Virus record (IMG/VR): IMGVR_UViG_3300020264_000020
Location: 1 to 38,133 of that record
Reading direction: 5' to 3' (one strand)
From: a virus
Taxonomy: Duplodnaviria; Caudoviricetes
DNA: 38,133 bases
Shown piece after piece: positions 25,835 to 34,576 of this stretch (position 1 is the stretch's first letter; each line of letters opens with the position of its first letter). The position numbers and the translations under genes were made by a program. The notes under the pieces are model-generated. The model worked only from the letters and a program-made list of their open reading frames with translations. It was not told the origin of the DNA and did no database searches.

Positions 25835-27213
25835 GTCTAAAAATTGAGGAGGTTGCCCTCAGCAAACTCATCCTTGAAGAAGATTACTGCCGTAAGGTCT
25901 TACCCTTCCTCAAGGATGAGTATTTTGATGCGCTGTCCAATCGGACGCTATTCAATACGCTGACGGAGTATATCAATGAGTATGACACTACCCCAGAGCC
26001 TACTGCTCTGAAGATTGAGGTAGAGAAGCGTCGTGATATCACTGAGGATATCTTCAGGGAGATCGTATCCTTCCTGGATAACCTAGATCACGATCAATAT
26101 AATGAAGACTGGTTGCTCGACACTACTGAGAAGTGGTGTAAGGAGCGTGCTATATACTTAGCGTTGATGGAGTCTGTCAAGATCGCTGACGGTCAGGATA
26201 AGACTCGCACTAAGGATGCCATCCCCTCCATCATGTCTGAGGCACTGGGGGTGTGTTTTGATGACCATGTGGGTCACGACTATATCAATGACTCAACGGA
26301 TCGTTATGACTTCTATCACCGTAAAGAGGAGAAAATTCCCTTTGATCTCGACTATTTCAACAAAATCACAAAAGGCGGTCTGCCTAACAAAACTCTTAAC
26401 ATCGCGCTTGCTGGTACAGGCGTCGGCAAGTCTCTATTCATGTGCCATGTGGCTAGCTCCATCCTGCTCCAAGGACGCAACGTTCTCTACATTACAATGG
26501 AGATGGCAGAAGAACGAATTGCTGAGCGAATTGACGCCAACCTTCTTGACCTCCCGATCCAACAACTGAGTGACCCTATCCTCACCAAGGATCGTTACGT
26601 TGCTAAGATTGATGGACTGAGGAAGAAGACTCAGGGCAGACTTGTCATCAAAGAATACCCCACAGCATCTGCACATGTGGGTCACTTCAAGGCACTCTTG
26701 AATGAGTTGTCACTGAAGAAAGGTTTCCAACCTGACATCATCTTCGTTGACTACCTCAACATCTGTGCCAGTGCTCGTTACAAGGGCAACATCGTCAACT
26801 CCTATACATATGTGAAAGCAATCGCTGAGGAGTTGCGTGGACTTGCTGGTGAGTTTAACGTCCCTATTGTTTCTGCTACTCAAACAACTCGTAGTGGTTA
26901 CGGCAATAGTGACGTGGAGCTTACTGACACATCCGAGTCTTTTGGTTTGCCTGCTACTGCTGACCTTATGTTTGCTCTGATCTCTACGGAGGACATGGAG
27001 CAGATGGGTCAGATCATGGTGAAGCAATTGAAGAATAGATATAATGATCTCTCAGTCTTCAAACGATTTGTCGTCGGTATTGACAGAGCGAAGATGAGAC
27101 TGTATGATTGTGATCAGTCTGCTCAAGACAACATCATTGATGCAGGCAGTATACCTGATGCCCCTGTGGCATTCACTGAAACAAAAGAGAAGTTTACTGG
27201 ATTCAAGATCTGA
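25831..27213 (+). CDS. g41: gp41 replicative DnaB-like helicase
   Basis: AGTGVGKS, YITMEMAEE, VDYLN, SATQTTR, SESFGLP and KQLKNRY. Confidence 0.96.
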   Translation: MSLKIEEVALSKLILEEDYCRKVLPFLKDEYFDALSNRTLFNTLTEYINEYDTTPEPTALKIEVEKRRDITEDIFREIVSFLDNLDHDQYNEDWLLDTTEKWCKERAIYLALMESVKIADGQDKTRTKDAIPSIMSEALGVCFDDHVGHDYINDSTDRYDFYHRKEEKIPFDLDYFNKITKGGLPNKTLNIALAGTGVGKSLFMCHVASSILLQGRNVLYITMEMAEERIAERIDANLLDLPIQQLSDPILTKDRYVAKIDGLRKKTQGRLVIKEYPTASAHVGHFKALLNELSLKKGFQPDIIFVDYLNICASARYKGNIVNSYTYVKAIAEELRGLAGEFNVPIVSATQTTRSGYGNSDVELTDTSESFGLPATADLMFALISTEDMEQMGQIMVKQLKNRYNDLSVFKRFVVGIDRAKMRLYDCDQSAQDNIIDAGSIPDAPVAFTETKEKFTGFKI

Positions 27214-27215
27214 TT

Positions 27216-27878
27216 ATGGCACAAGACAAATTCACTAACGAAGCAAACGACAATGGTGCTGCTGATCAGGCAGCAGAAGCAATCAACTCTGCTGCCCGTG
27301 ACAAGGTGGATGAGAATGTGAGTAACGCACAAGACGTTGCTGACGGTGTGCCCAAAGAGGTTGATGATTTTGCTTCACCCGAGCATCTTCAGGGTGCTCC
27401 TCGCACTAAGAAGCGTCTTGACAAGAAACTGAAAGAGCGTGACGAGAAGAAAAAGACTCCTGGTCCTGAGAAGTTTACTGTTGACCTGGACAAGTATGCT
27501 CAGTTTGTTGACCGTGTGACCTCTGAGCCCAGTAAGGATCTCAACACGCTCATCGAGCGGTATCGTGACCTGGACAAAGCAAAGTGCAACATCGCACGTC
27601 TTGATACTGCTGCCTCTGGTATGTCTGCTGAAGCAGGTGAGTTTATGGAGATCGTCAAGAAACTCAAGTTTCAAGGCAAACCTTATGATGAGGCAAACAA
27701 AGAGCACCTGACCAAAGAGTTGGGTGACATCATGTGGTATGTTGCTCAGGCATGTCTTGCACTGGATGTCCGACTGGATGAAGTGCTCTACATCAACACT
27801 CTCAAACTGGCAGCACGATACCCTGAAGGTATGTTTGACATCAACTACTCAGAGAATCGAGCACCTGGAGACATCTGA
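27216..27878 (+). CDS. mazG: MazG nucleotide pyrophosphohydrolase with N-terminal extension
   Basis: EAGEFMEIVKK...KELGDIMWY acidic motifs; located after g41. Confidence 0.9.
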   Translation: MAQDKFTNEANDNGAADQAAEAINSAARDKVDENVSNAQDVADGVPKEVDDFASPEHLQGAPRTKKRLDKKLKERDEKKKTPGPEKFTVDLDKYAQFVDRVTSEPSKDLNTLIERYRDLDKAKCNIARLDTAASGMSAEAGEFMEIVKKLKFQGKPYDEANKEHLTKELGDIMWYVAQACLALDVRLDEVLYINTLKLAARYPEGMFDINYSENRAPGDI

Positions 27879-27879
27879 T

Positions 27880-27886
27880 CTAAATA
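27880..27886 (+). promoter_or_regulatory. Late promoter variant overlapping the terminator stem
   Basis: CTAAATA immediately after the mazG stop. Confidence 0.65.
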
Positions 27887-27910
27887 GAGGGGTAAAGACC
27901 CCTCTTTTTT
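27886..27910 (+). terminator. Rho-independent terminator
   Basis: AGAGGGGT-AAAG-ACCCCTCT-TTTTT, a perfect 8-bp stem. Confidence 0.88.
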
Positions 27911-27911
27911 A

Positions 27912-29219
27912 ATGGCAACAACTGGTATAAACAAGTGGGAAAAGTATTTCAAGGGGCAGAATCTTGAGACGTTTGTAAAAGCAAACTCCAAAGCAACTGC
28001 TACCAAGAATAAAACTGACACAGGACTCACACTGGCACATGGTGAGCCTATTACTGTGGTGGGTGGGACTTCATATCCTCCTACTGGCAGACTGGATATC
28101 CTGTATAAGAATAAACCCTACACATTCCATATTGATTGCATAGAGAAACCTGGGCGTGGTGGATCTGCTGGCAAGATGAATATCGATGCCACTAAACTCA
28201 TCGCACAGGGTGATATTGAGGTTGTCCCTGTCCTACAGGGGCAGAAAGATGTCAAATGTAAGTGCTTCTATGACTCTAGGGAGTTGTATGATGCAGTCAT
28301 TTACGGTCTAGACAATGAGCCATCTGTCCCTGAGGCAGTCACTGACCAAATGATTGACTATTTTAAGGACAATCTCAGAGGTGACTACAACATTGTCTGG
28401 CAAGAGGGCATCACTCCCTCACAAAAGACTGAGTTGGGTAAGTATTTTGGTGAGGTTTTGATTGGATATTTGGGTCTCAATAAAGTAACAGGCCATACAT
28501 CAATCAGTCCATGGCAGCAGAGCAACATCAAATGCTTCATCGTCCCTGATGATCCATCATTTGCTGGTGTTGACTCAGCATTCCTATGTCATGACGGGAC
28601 TATCATCCCCATCTCATCTAAGTTTGGTAAGGGTGCTCAGGCATCTATCTTTGCCAACATCATGCCTGTTGCTATTAAGAATAAGAGCACACTTCCTAAT
28701 GGTGTGCTGAAAGATCTTACTGAGATTGCATCGAAGTATCCTAATCCTGCTCGTGAGGGTAAGAAGATTGTCTATGAGTATGGCATTAAACATATCCTGG
28801 AGTTAAACGACATCAGTAATCCCTACGATGTCTATACAAACTTCAAGTCTGGCAAGATTAAACCAGAGTATGCACACGTTGCCACTGCTGTCCGCACCTA
28901 TGTGATGAAGGGTGGTGATGGTAGGGAGTCTTCTGCTAAGGAGTTGATCAACAACCTACCTAAGTCCTTGTCTAGTTGCCTGGCAAGGGGCATCTCAGAC
29001 CGTCTTAACGCAGACTCTGCCTCTGTCACTGCTGCTAAGTCGCTGATCGCTGGTAAGAATTTCTACCAGGCAAACCTGAATGATGGGGACTGGAATCGGG
29101 GTAAGGTCTTCTTCAACATCCGTAAGGCAGGGGACATGAATCTGACCTTCACGGGATCCAAGGCAGCTACGACAGATATCGAACTGAAACAAGGCTTGCT
29201 CAACTACCTGCTGGCATGA
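27912..29219 (+). CDS. Hypothetical protein, possible PD-(D/E)xK-type nuclease
   Basis: 435-aa ORF. The KYFGEVL...VPDDPSFAGVDS...PISSKFG spacing resembles a restriction-endonuclease fold with an SxK variant. Confidence 0.55.
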   Translation: MATTGINKWEKYFKGQNLETFVKANSKATATKNKTDTGLTLAHGEPITVVGGTSYPPTGRLDILYKNKPYTFHIDCIEKPGRGGSAGKMNIDATKLIAQGDIEVVPVLQGQKDVKCKCFYDSRELYDAVIYGLDNEPSVPEAVTDQMIDYFKDNLRGDYNIVWQEGITPSQKTELGKYFGEVLIGYLGLNKVTGHTSISPWQQSNIKCFIVPDDPSFAGVDSAFLCHDGTIIPISSKFGKGAQASIFANIMPVAIKNKSTLPNGVLKDLTEIASKYPNPAREGKKIVYEYGIKHILELNDISNPYDVYTNFKSGKIKPEYAHVATAVRTYVMKGGDGRESSAKELINNLPKSLSSCLARGISDRLNADSASVTAAKSLIAGKNFYQANLNDGDWNRGKVFFNIRKAGDMNLTFTGSKAATTDIELKQGLLNYLLA

Positions 29220-29231
29220 TAGAATAGGACC

Positions 29232-30428
29232 ATGGCAAAAAACACACACCTGGAGCACCTAGAGGACGACATCTTCAACCAAGGTTTCGTCGGTGCCAAG
29301 AATTCAATCGAGTTTCTCAAGTCCCTCAGGGACATGCTGAGCACGGGTAGTGGTGGTAGTGCCACCAAGGTCACGGTCAAGTGGGACGGTGCTCCTGCTA
29401 TCATCTGTGGTGTTGACCCTGTGTTGAATCTCTTCTTCGTGGGCACCAAGAGTGTCTTCGCTAAGACTGAGCCCAAACCTTGCTACACCAATGCTGATGT
29501 GGATCGTTACTATCCTAACCACCCCATCGCTGACAAACTGAAGCAGTGCCTCAAACTCCTGCCTGACACTGGCATCACAGGAGTTGTGCAGGGTGACTTG
29601 CTCTACACCAGCACTCCTCCCAAGGTCAAGATGGGTGGTAAGGTGTGTTACAAATTCAAACCCAACACCATCACTTACTGTGTTGAGGCAGCGACTGAGT
29701 TGGGTAAGAAGGTTGCAGTGTCTGACCTGGGCATCGTCTTCCACACCCGCTACACTGGTCCCTCTCTGCCTGAGATGAATGCATCTTTCGGTGTGGATGT
29801 GTCCAAGATGCAGAGTAATAAGAAGGTCGCAGTCTTCTCTGCCACCTTCCAGAATACTAACGGTGTGGCAAACCTCAGTGCTGCTGAGCGTAACCGTCTC
29901 AACAACAGCATCAACGTTGCTCAACGTAACCTTGTCGCTGGTAAGTCCTTCCTCAATGCTATTCAGGAGGGCAAGGGATCGTTTGCATACACCGCACTCT
30001 TTAAGATCTATTTCAACCAAGTGATCAAGTCTGGTCGCATCCCTACTAACGCTGCTGCTATGCACAGAGGGTTTCTTTCCTTTGTTGACATGCGTTATAA
30101 GGCAGAGATTGCTAAGAAAAAGACTGACAAAGCACGTCAGCAGTGGGAAGATCGTAGGGCAGACGCAATCAAATACCTAAATAATAATAAGTCTGTTATG
30201 TTTTCCGCACTTAGCGGATTCAAAAACCTTATCGCTGCCAAAGAGCAGGTGATAAATAAGTTGAAGAAAATTCAAGGTGTCGGGACCTTTCTAGAAGATG
30301 AGAATGGTTACCGAGTCACGAGTCCAGAAGGATTTGTGGCCATCAAGGATGGCACCGCTATGAAACTTGTTGATAGACTGGAGTTTTCACGAGCAAACTT
30401 TACCGTAGCAAAAGACTGGGGCAAATGA
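29232..30428 (+). CDS. Conserved T4-like protein with ATP-dependent ligase/nucleotidyltransferase motifs (DUF6267-like)
   Basis: NTHLEHLED; VKWDG (motif I), QGDLL (III), EGFV (IV) and MKLV (V). Confidence 0.7.
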   Translation: MAKNTHLEHLEDDIFNQGFVGAKNSIEFLKSLRDMLSTGSGGSATKVTVKWDGAPAIICGVDPVLNLFFVGTKSVFAKTEPKPCYTNADVDRYYPNHPIADKLKQCLKLLPDTGITGVVQGDLLYTSTPPKVKMGGKVCYKFKPNTITYCVEAATELGKKVAVSDLGIVFHTRYTGPSLPEMNASFGVDVSKMQSNKKVAVFSATFQNTNGVANLSAAERNRLNNSINVAQRNLVAGKSFLNAIQEGKGSFAYTALFKIYFNQVIKSGRIPTNAAAMHRGFLSFVDMRYKAEIAKKKTDKARQQWEDRRADAIKYLNNNKSVMFSALSGFKNLIAAKEQVINKLKKIQGVGTFLEDENGYRVTSPEGFVAIKDGTAMKLVDRLEFSRANFTVAKDWGK

Positions 30429-31540
30429 GATTTATCGAATTCCTGAGAGAAGCAACCAAGTCGGCAACCAAGAAGCCACAGACATCTGCTACAGGCAAGA
30501 AACCTTCAGCATCATCCAAAGGTTTAGAGGACAAGCATGTCGCCATTACTTTTGGGAGGTTTAATCCTCCTCACGCTGGTCATGGCAAGCTGCTGGATGC
30601 GGTCAAAGCGCACGGCGGCGACTCGGGTAACTATCGTATCTACCCCAGCAGAAGCCAGGACCATAAGAAAAATCCTTTATCGGCTCACCAGAAAGTAGAG
30701 CATATGCGTCGTATGTTTAAGGATCATAAGGACAAGATCCAAAACAACGAAGCACATAGAAACATCTTTGACATCCTTCGTGACCTGCATGACGAAGGGC
30801 ATGAGCATGTAACCATGGTTGTGGGTGATGACCGTGTGAAAGAGTTTGAATCACTCACCAACAAATATAATGGTGTGCATTATGATTTCAAGTCTATTAA
30901 CATCAAGTCTGCAGGTGCTCGCGCTGATGACAGTGATGACCCTATTGAGAATCTCTCTGCCAGTAAGATGCGAGCACACGCACAAGGCGGTGACCACGAG
31001 TCTTTTCATGCAGGAATGCCAAAGGGTTATTCCACTAAGCACAGTCAGCAACTGATGCAGGATGTCCTGAAGGGCATGACACCACCACCTAAGAAGTCTA
31101 AGAAGAAGAGCGAGATCCACGAGCAAACCCTCTGGGAGTATGCTCCTAAGTTGGACTACGATGCCTTCCGTAACCACTATATGCTCGACCATATCTTCAA
31201 GGTCGGTGCCCTGGTGGAGCATGACGACAGTGGTCTCCGTGGTAAAGTTGTCCATCGTGGCACAAACTATGTGATCTTTGAGATGCCTGATGGCAGTGAG
31301 CATCGTGCATGGTTGCAGCATGTGTCTGAAGTCAATGAGCCTACTGAGCATGAGCAAGAGGTTGCTGCTGATACTACCAAGGATCAAAGCAACTATTCTG
31401 CTGATGATGGCAGCGGTAACACCTGGAAAGTTGGCACCGATGCATATCGTATGGCACTGCAGGACATGACCCCTGGTCAGGCAACCAAGAAATTCTCACA
31501 ATTCAATACTGAGATTAGAAAAACTGCTGCAACTAAATAG
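30425..31540 (+). CDS. HIGH-superfamily nucleotidyltransferase (phage 'cytidyltransferase')
   Basis: TFGRFNPPHAGH (HxGH), SQDHKKNPL, VVGDDR and SASKMR. Confidence 0.85.
   Translation: MRFIEFLREATKSATKKPQTSATGKKPSASSKGLEDKHVAITFGRFNPPHAGHGKLLDAVKAHGGDSGNYRIYPSRSQDHKKNPLSAHQKVEHMRRMFKDHKDKIQNNEAHRNIFDILRDLHDEGHEHVTMVVGDDRVKEFESLTNKYNGVHYDFKSINIKSAGARADDSDDPIENLSASKMRAHAQGGDHESFHAGMPKGYSTKHSQQLMQDVLKGMTPPPKKSKKKSEIHEQTLWEYAPKLDYDAFRNHYMLDHIFKVGALVEHDDSGLRGKVVHRGTNYVIFEMPDGSEHRAWLQHVSEVNEPTEHEQEVAADTTKDQSNYSADDGSGNTWKVGTDAYRMALQDMTPGQATKKFSQFNTEIRKTAATK
31533..31539 (+). promoter_or_regulatory. Late promoter variant
   Basis: CTAAATA overlapping the stop codon, 31 nt before ATG 31571. Confidence 0.65.
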
Positions 31541-31570
31541 TATTATCGAATTCATTCGACCTTAAGAAAA

Positions 31571-32548
31571 ATGACGTTAGAAATTCTCGTATCTTCTGCC
31601 CTGATGGGTTACACCATGGACGAGCAGACCAGAATCCTCAAGTCAATCGAAGAGGGATCTGACCTCCCCACTGCTCGCCTGAAGAAAGGTGCTGAGAAGG
31701 TCATGGAAGTCTTCAATGACTGGGAGCCAGTTGTTGAAGGTTACGCTGGTTTCCCTGTTGAGCGCGAAGCAATCCAAAAGAAGAAGGACCAGCACAAAGA
31801 TGACCGCAACGTCGGTCGTGTCGTCTCCCAAGGCGGATCTCAGTATGTGATCACTGGTAAGAAATCAGATGGTCGCTACATCGTCGTCGGTAAGAAAGGT
31901 GAAAAGACTGCTAAGGATGCAGGTGACATCGGTGTTACCAAAAACGAATCCGTTGTCGGCATTGACATCGAAGATCTCCACAACATGATGCTGGAAGGTC
32001 TGAAGCAAGCTCGCAAGAATGTGGGTGCTTCAACCTGCTGGGATGGTTACAAGGCAAAAGGCACTAAGAAGAAGGGTGGCAAGGAAGTCCCTAACTGTGT
32101 CAAGGAAGAGGAAGTAAACATCCGTGGCAACAATTCTGCTGAGCAGAAGAAGCGTCTTGAGAAGAAGCGTGGTATGAAACTGGACGATCATCCTCAGTTT
32201 AAGAAGGAAGACGTTGAGCAAGTTGACGAGCTTTACAAGGGTAAGCACGGTCAGTCTGAGAAAGAGTATCAGGATGGTCGCTCTGATGGCGGCAAGATGG
32301 TCTCTGGTGATAGCAAGCGCAGCGGCGCTGCATACTCCTCTCGTGCTGTTAAAAACACTGGTCCTAATCCCGCTGGTGGCAGCAAGAAACCTCAGGGTCA
32401 AGGTCGTATGACCTCTGGACAGAGGACTGAGTTGCAATACCGTAAGGCAAACCTGAAGAAGGAATCTCAGGAGTTTATAAATAAATTGTCTGACTCAGGA
32501 CTCTTCTCTGAAGAGGAATTGTCAGCAATGGTGGAGGGTCTAGAATGA
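31571..32548 (+). CDS. Lys/Glu/Gly-rich late protein, probable internal head protein
   Basis: Low-complexity modules separated by hydrophobic-x-E sites; contains the CWDGYKAKGTKKKGGKEVPNCV motif. Confidence 0.65.
   Translation: MTLEILVSSALMGYTMDEQTRILKSIEEGSDLPTARLKKGAEKVMEVFNDWEPVVEGYAGFPVEREAIQKKKDQHKDDRNVGRVVSQGGSQYVITGKKSDGRYIVVGKKGEKTAKDAGDIGVTKNESVVGIDIEDLHNMMLEGLKQARKNVGASTCWDGYKAKGTKKKGGKEVPNCVKEEEVNIRGNNSAEQKKRLEKKRGMKLDDHPQFKKEDVEQVDELYKGKHGQSEKEYQDGRSDGGKMVSGDSKRSGAAYSSRAVKNTGPNPAGGSKKPQGQGRMTSGQRTELQYRKANLKKESQEFINKLSDSGLFSEEELSAMVEGLE
32476..32483 (+). promoter_or_regulatory. T4-type late promoter embedded in a CDS
   Basis: TATAAATA 61 nt before ATG 32545. Confidence 0.7.
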
Positions 32549-32928
32549 AACCCCAGGGAAACGGAGAGAGATCGTATCTTAAAACCAGTAAAAAGGGGAA
32601 CGTAACTATCAACCCTAAGAAAGAGGACCTTATGTCAGAATCACTTAGAAAACATATCCAATCTGCTGTTGGAGATCTTCGCGAAGCAGCGAAGAAGAAA
32701 TCAAAGGAGAAGCATATCGCTGCTGCTAAGGCAGGCAAGCGTTGGCAGGACTCCGATGGTGACGGCAAGTGGTATGAGCCTGGCGATGATGTCAAGAAGG
32801 AAGAGACTGCAGCACCTGCTAAGTCTGTTGACGACACCGATGCTAAGAAAGCAGCAAAGGAGCGTATGAAGCAGAAGATGGTGCAGGCTACGATCGACCA
32901 CGACCGTAAGGCTAAAGGATACAACTGA
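32545..32928 (+). CDS. Lys-rich late hypothetical protein
   Basis: 127 aa, ATGA-coupled, GGAGG RBS, WQDSDGDGKWYE motif. Confidence 0.7.
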   Translation: MKPQGNGERSYLKTSKKGNVTINPKKEDLMSESLRKHIQSAVGDLREAAKKKSKEKHIAAAKAGKRWQDSDGDGKWYEPGDDVKKEETAAPAKSVDDTDAKKAAKERMKQKMVQATIDHDRKAKGYN

Positions 32929-32964
32929 GCATATATAGATTAGACTCTGTTTGAGGACAATCTA

Positions 32965-33147
32965 ATGTGGGCAGTATTCCTACCTCTCGCTAAGAGAACC
33001 ATCAGCGGTTTGCTGGGTCGTGATGAAGTCCGCCGTTACCTTGTAGACGTGCTCCGCTCCCTGGCGGCGACCACGGACAATAAGTTGGACGACGGTGCTG
33101 TGGATGTAGTAGAGGCACTCCTCTTCAAAAAACCAGAAGAAGCTTGA
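32965..33147 (+). CDS. Small conserved cyanophage protein
   Basis: GAGG RBS and TTDNKLDD motif; followed by a terminator. Confidence 0.7.
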   Translation: MWAVFLPLAKRTISGLLGRDEVRRYLVDVLRSLAATTDNKLDDGAVDVVEALLFKKPEEA

Positions 33148-33152
33148 TGTAG

Positions 33153-33177
33153 AAGGGAGGGTAACACCTCCCTTTTT
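33153..33177 (+). terminator. Rho-independent terminator
   Basis: AAGGGAGG-GTAACA-CCTCCCTT-TTT. Confidence 0.85.
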
Positions 33178-33184
33178 ATAAATA
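33177..33184 (+). promoter_or_regulatory. T4-type late promoter
   Basis: TATAAATA fused to the terminator T tract, upstream of ATG 33221 (GGAG RBS). Confidence 0.85.
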
Positions 33185-33220
33185 AAGTATAGGTATTCAA
33201 TCACAATTGGAGTAAGTAAC

Positions 33221-33805
33221 ATGTCTCTTTATGGGAGAGTAGACTCAGCAGCAAACCAAACACAAGCAGGACTCGCCCGAGGCAATGGTGCGGGCTCCGC
33301 AACCGAGACTATCGTTTTCGTTGACGAAACCGAAGCAGGTCTTGCAGCAAACAAAGCACGCGGTCTGTCATCACCTGGGTGGTGGTCATATCGCACCTAC
33401 ACAGACGCAGCAGGTAAGACTCGCCACAAGGCAGAGCAACTTGCATTCATCACCAACCCCGAAGCAAACGCTGACGAGACTCTGAGTGATGACACCATCG
33501 CAGCAGACGTGGCAGCAACGATCACGGTTGGCACCCAACCCACTGATCAGACCACATCTTCTGGCGGCGCAACCTTCACCGTTGCAGCAACCTGTGACAA
33601 CAGCGGCACCGTTACCTTCCAGTGGCAACGTCGCACCAGCAGCAGTGCTCGCTGGACCAACGTCTCTGGTGCAACCTCTGCATCTCTGGCACTCACAGGT
33701 CTGACTAACGCAGCAGACGGTTACCAGTATCGCGTTAAACTCAACGCTGATGTTGGTGCTCCCGAGGTCATCTCTAGCACAGCTACCCTGACCTTCGGCA
33801 CCTGA
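33221..33805 (+). CDS. Virion structural protein with C-terminal Ig-like domain
   Basis: Late promoter; PGWWSY...RHKAE N-domain; QPTDQT...TFQWQ...GATSASL...DGYQYRV...SSTATLT Ig pattern. Confidence 0.75.
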   Translation: MSLYGRVDSAANQTQAGLARGNGAGSATETIVFVDETEAGLAANKARGLSSPGWWSYRTYTDAAGKTRHKAEQLAFITNPEANADETLSDDTIAADVAATITVGTQPTDQTTSSGGATFTVAATCDNSGTVTFQWQRRTSSSARWTNVSGATSASLALTGLTNAADGYQYRVKLNADVGAPEVISSTATLTFGT

Positions 33806-33821
33806 TAAAATGGATTAAATT

Positions 33822-34193
33822 ATGATGCACTTTGATAGTCTTGATGAAAATAACCACTTGATGTTTGCTATCAAGCATTATGATAATCCACAATCAGTCA
33901 CGGTAGATGACTTCATGGAGGACATGAAGAAGTTTAAGTATCTCAAGAGATTGCTTAAGCGTTATTCAAAGACTCATGTCCTCCGAGTCAACCTTATATT
34001 GAATCACCTGATTATTCTATTCAATGTCTTTGGTGAAGGGACTATCCCTCTACTGATGTATAAACTTGAAGAAGAATACTGGTCAGTCATCAAGACATTC
34101 TTGATCTATCTGGACCGTTATCCAGAGATCGCAGGATGTCTTTCTCATGTAGATGTAGATCAAAACGTTGCGGACATTTTGGCAGAGTTATGA
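33822..34193 (+). CDS. Conserved T4-like hypothetical protein
   Basis: FAIKHYDNP...DMKKFKYLKRLL...LILNHLIILFNVFG, which I recognise from genes upstream of primase in marine T4-like phages. Confidence 0.75.
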   Translation: MMHFDSLDENNHLMFAIKHYDNPQSVTVDDFMEDMKKFKYLKRLLKRYSKTHVLRVNLILNHLIILFNVFGEGTIPLLMYKLEEEYWSVIKTFLIYLDRYPEIAGCLSHVDVDQNVADILAEL

Positions 34194-34576
34194 ATGAAGA
34201 TGCACCCACAATGAGCGTAGGTAACGGCGGCATGACAGGCTCAGCCGATGCCACTGGTCCCAATGCAGGTTACGATCCTCTGCTAACAGGTAGAAAGAAA
34301 CCAAAGAAGCGTCGTAGATACGCCATGGTTACAAAGGATATGCTGGCAACCGAAGGTGTCTCCCAGAGAGACTCTGCATATCTCCCCTTCCTTATTTCAT
34401 ATGATGGTGCAGAGCAGTATGTGCTCTACAGTAAGTCTGAAGCAGCACTGAAGATTGAGTTGCGTAAGATTTATCGCCCCGAGAATTTTAAGAAACTTGC
34501 AGTGAAGAGACTGTATCCTAATGATGTTATCAAGTTTTACTGGAAGAAAAGACAACAAGCATTAGGACAAGAGTGA
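34190..34576 (+). CDS. Hypothetical protein
   Basis: ATGA-coupled; starts MNEDAPTMSVG. Confidence 0.7.
   Translation: MNEDAPTMSVGNGGMTGSADATGPNAGYDPLLTGRKKPKKRRRYAMVTKDMLATEGVSQRDSAYLPFLISYDGAEQYVLYSKSEAALKIELRKIYRPENFKKLAVKRLYPNDVIKFYWKKRQQALGQE

Noticed and set aside
29304-30065. 253-aa - strand ORF opposite the ligase-like gene
   Set aside because: Antisense shadow of a codon-biased gene.
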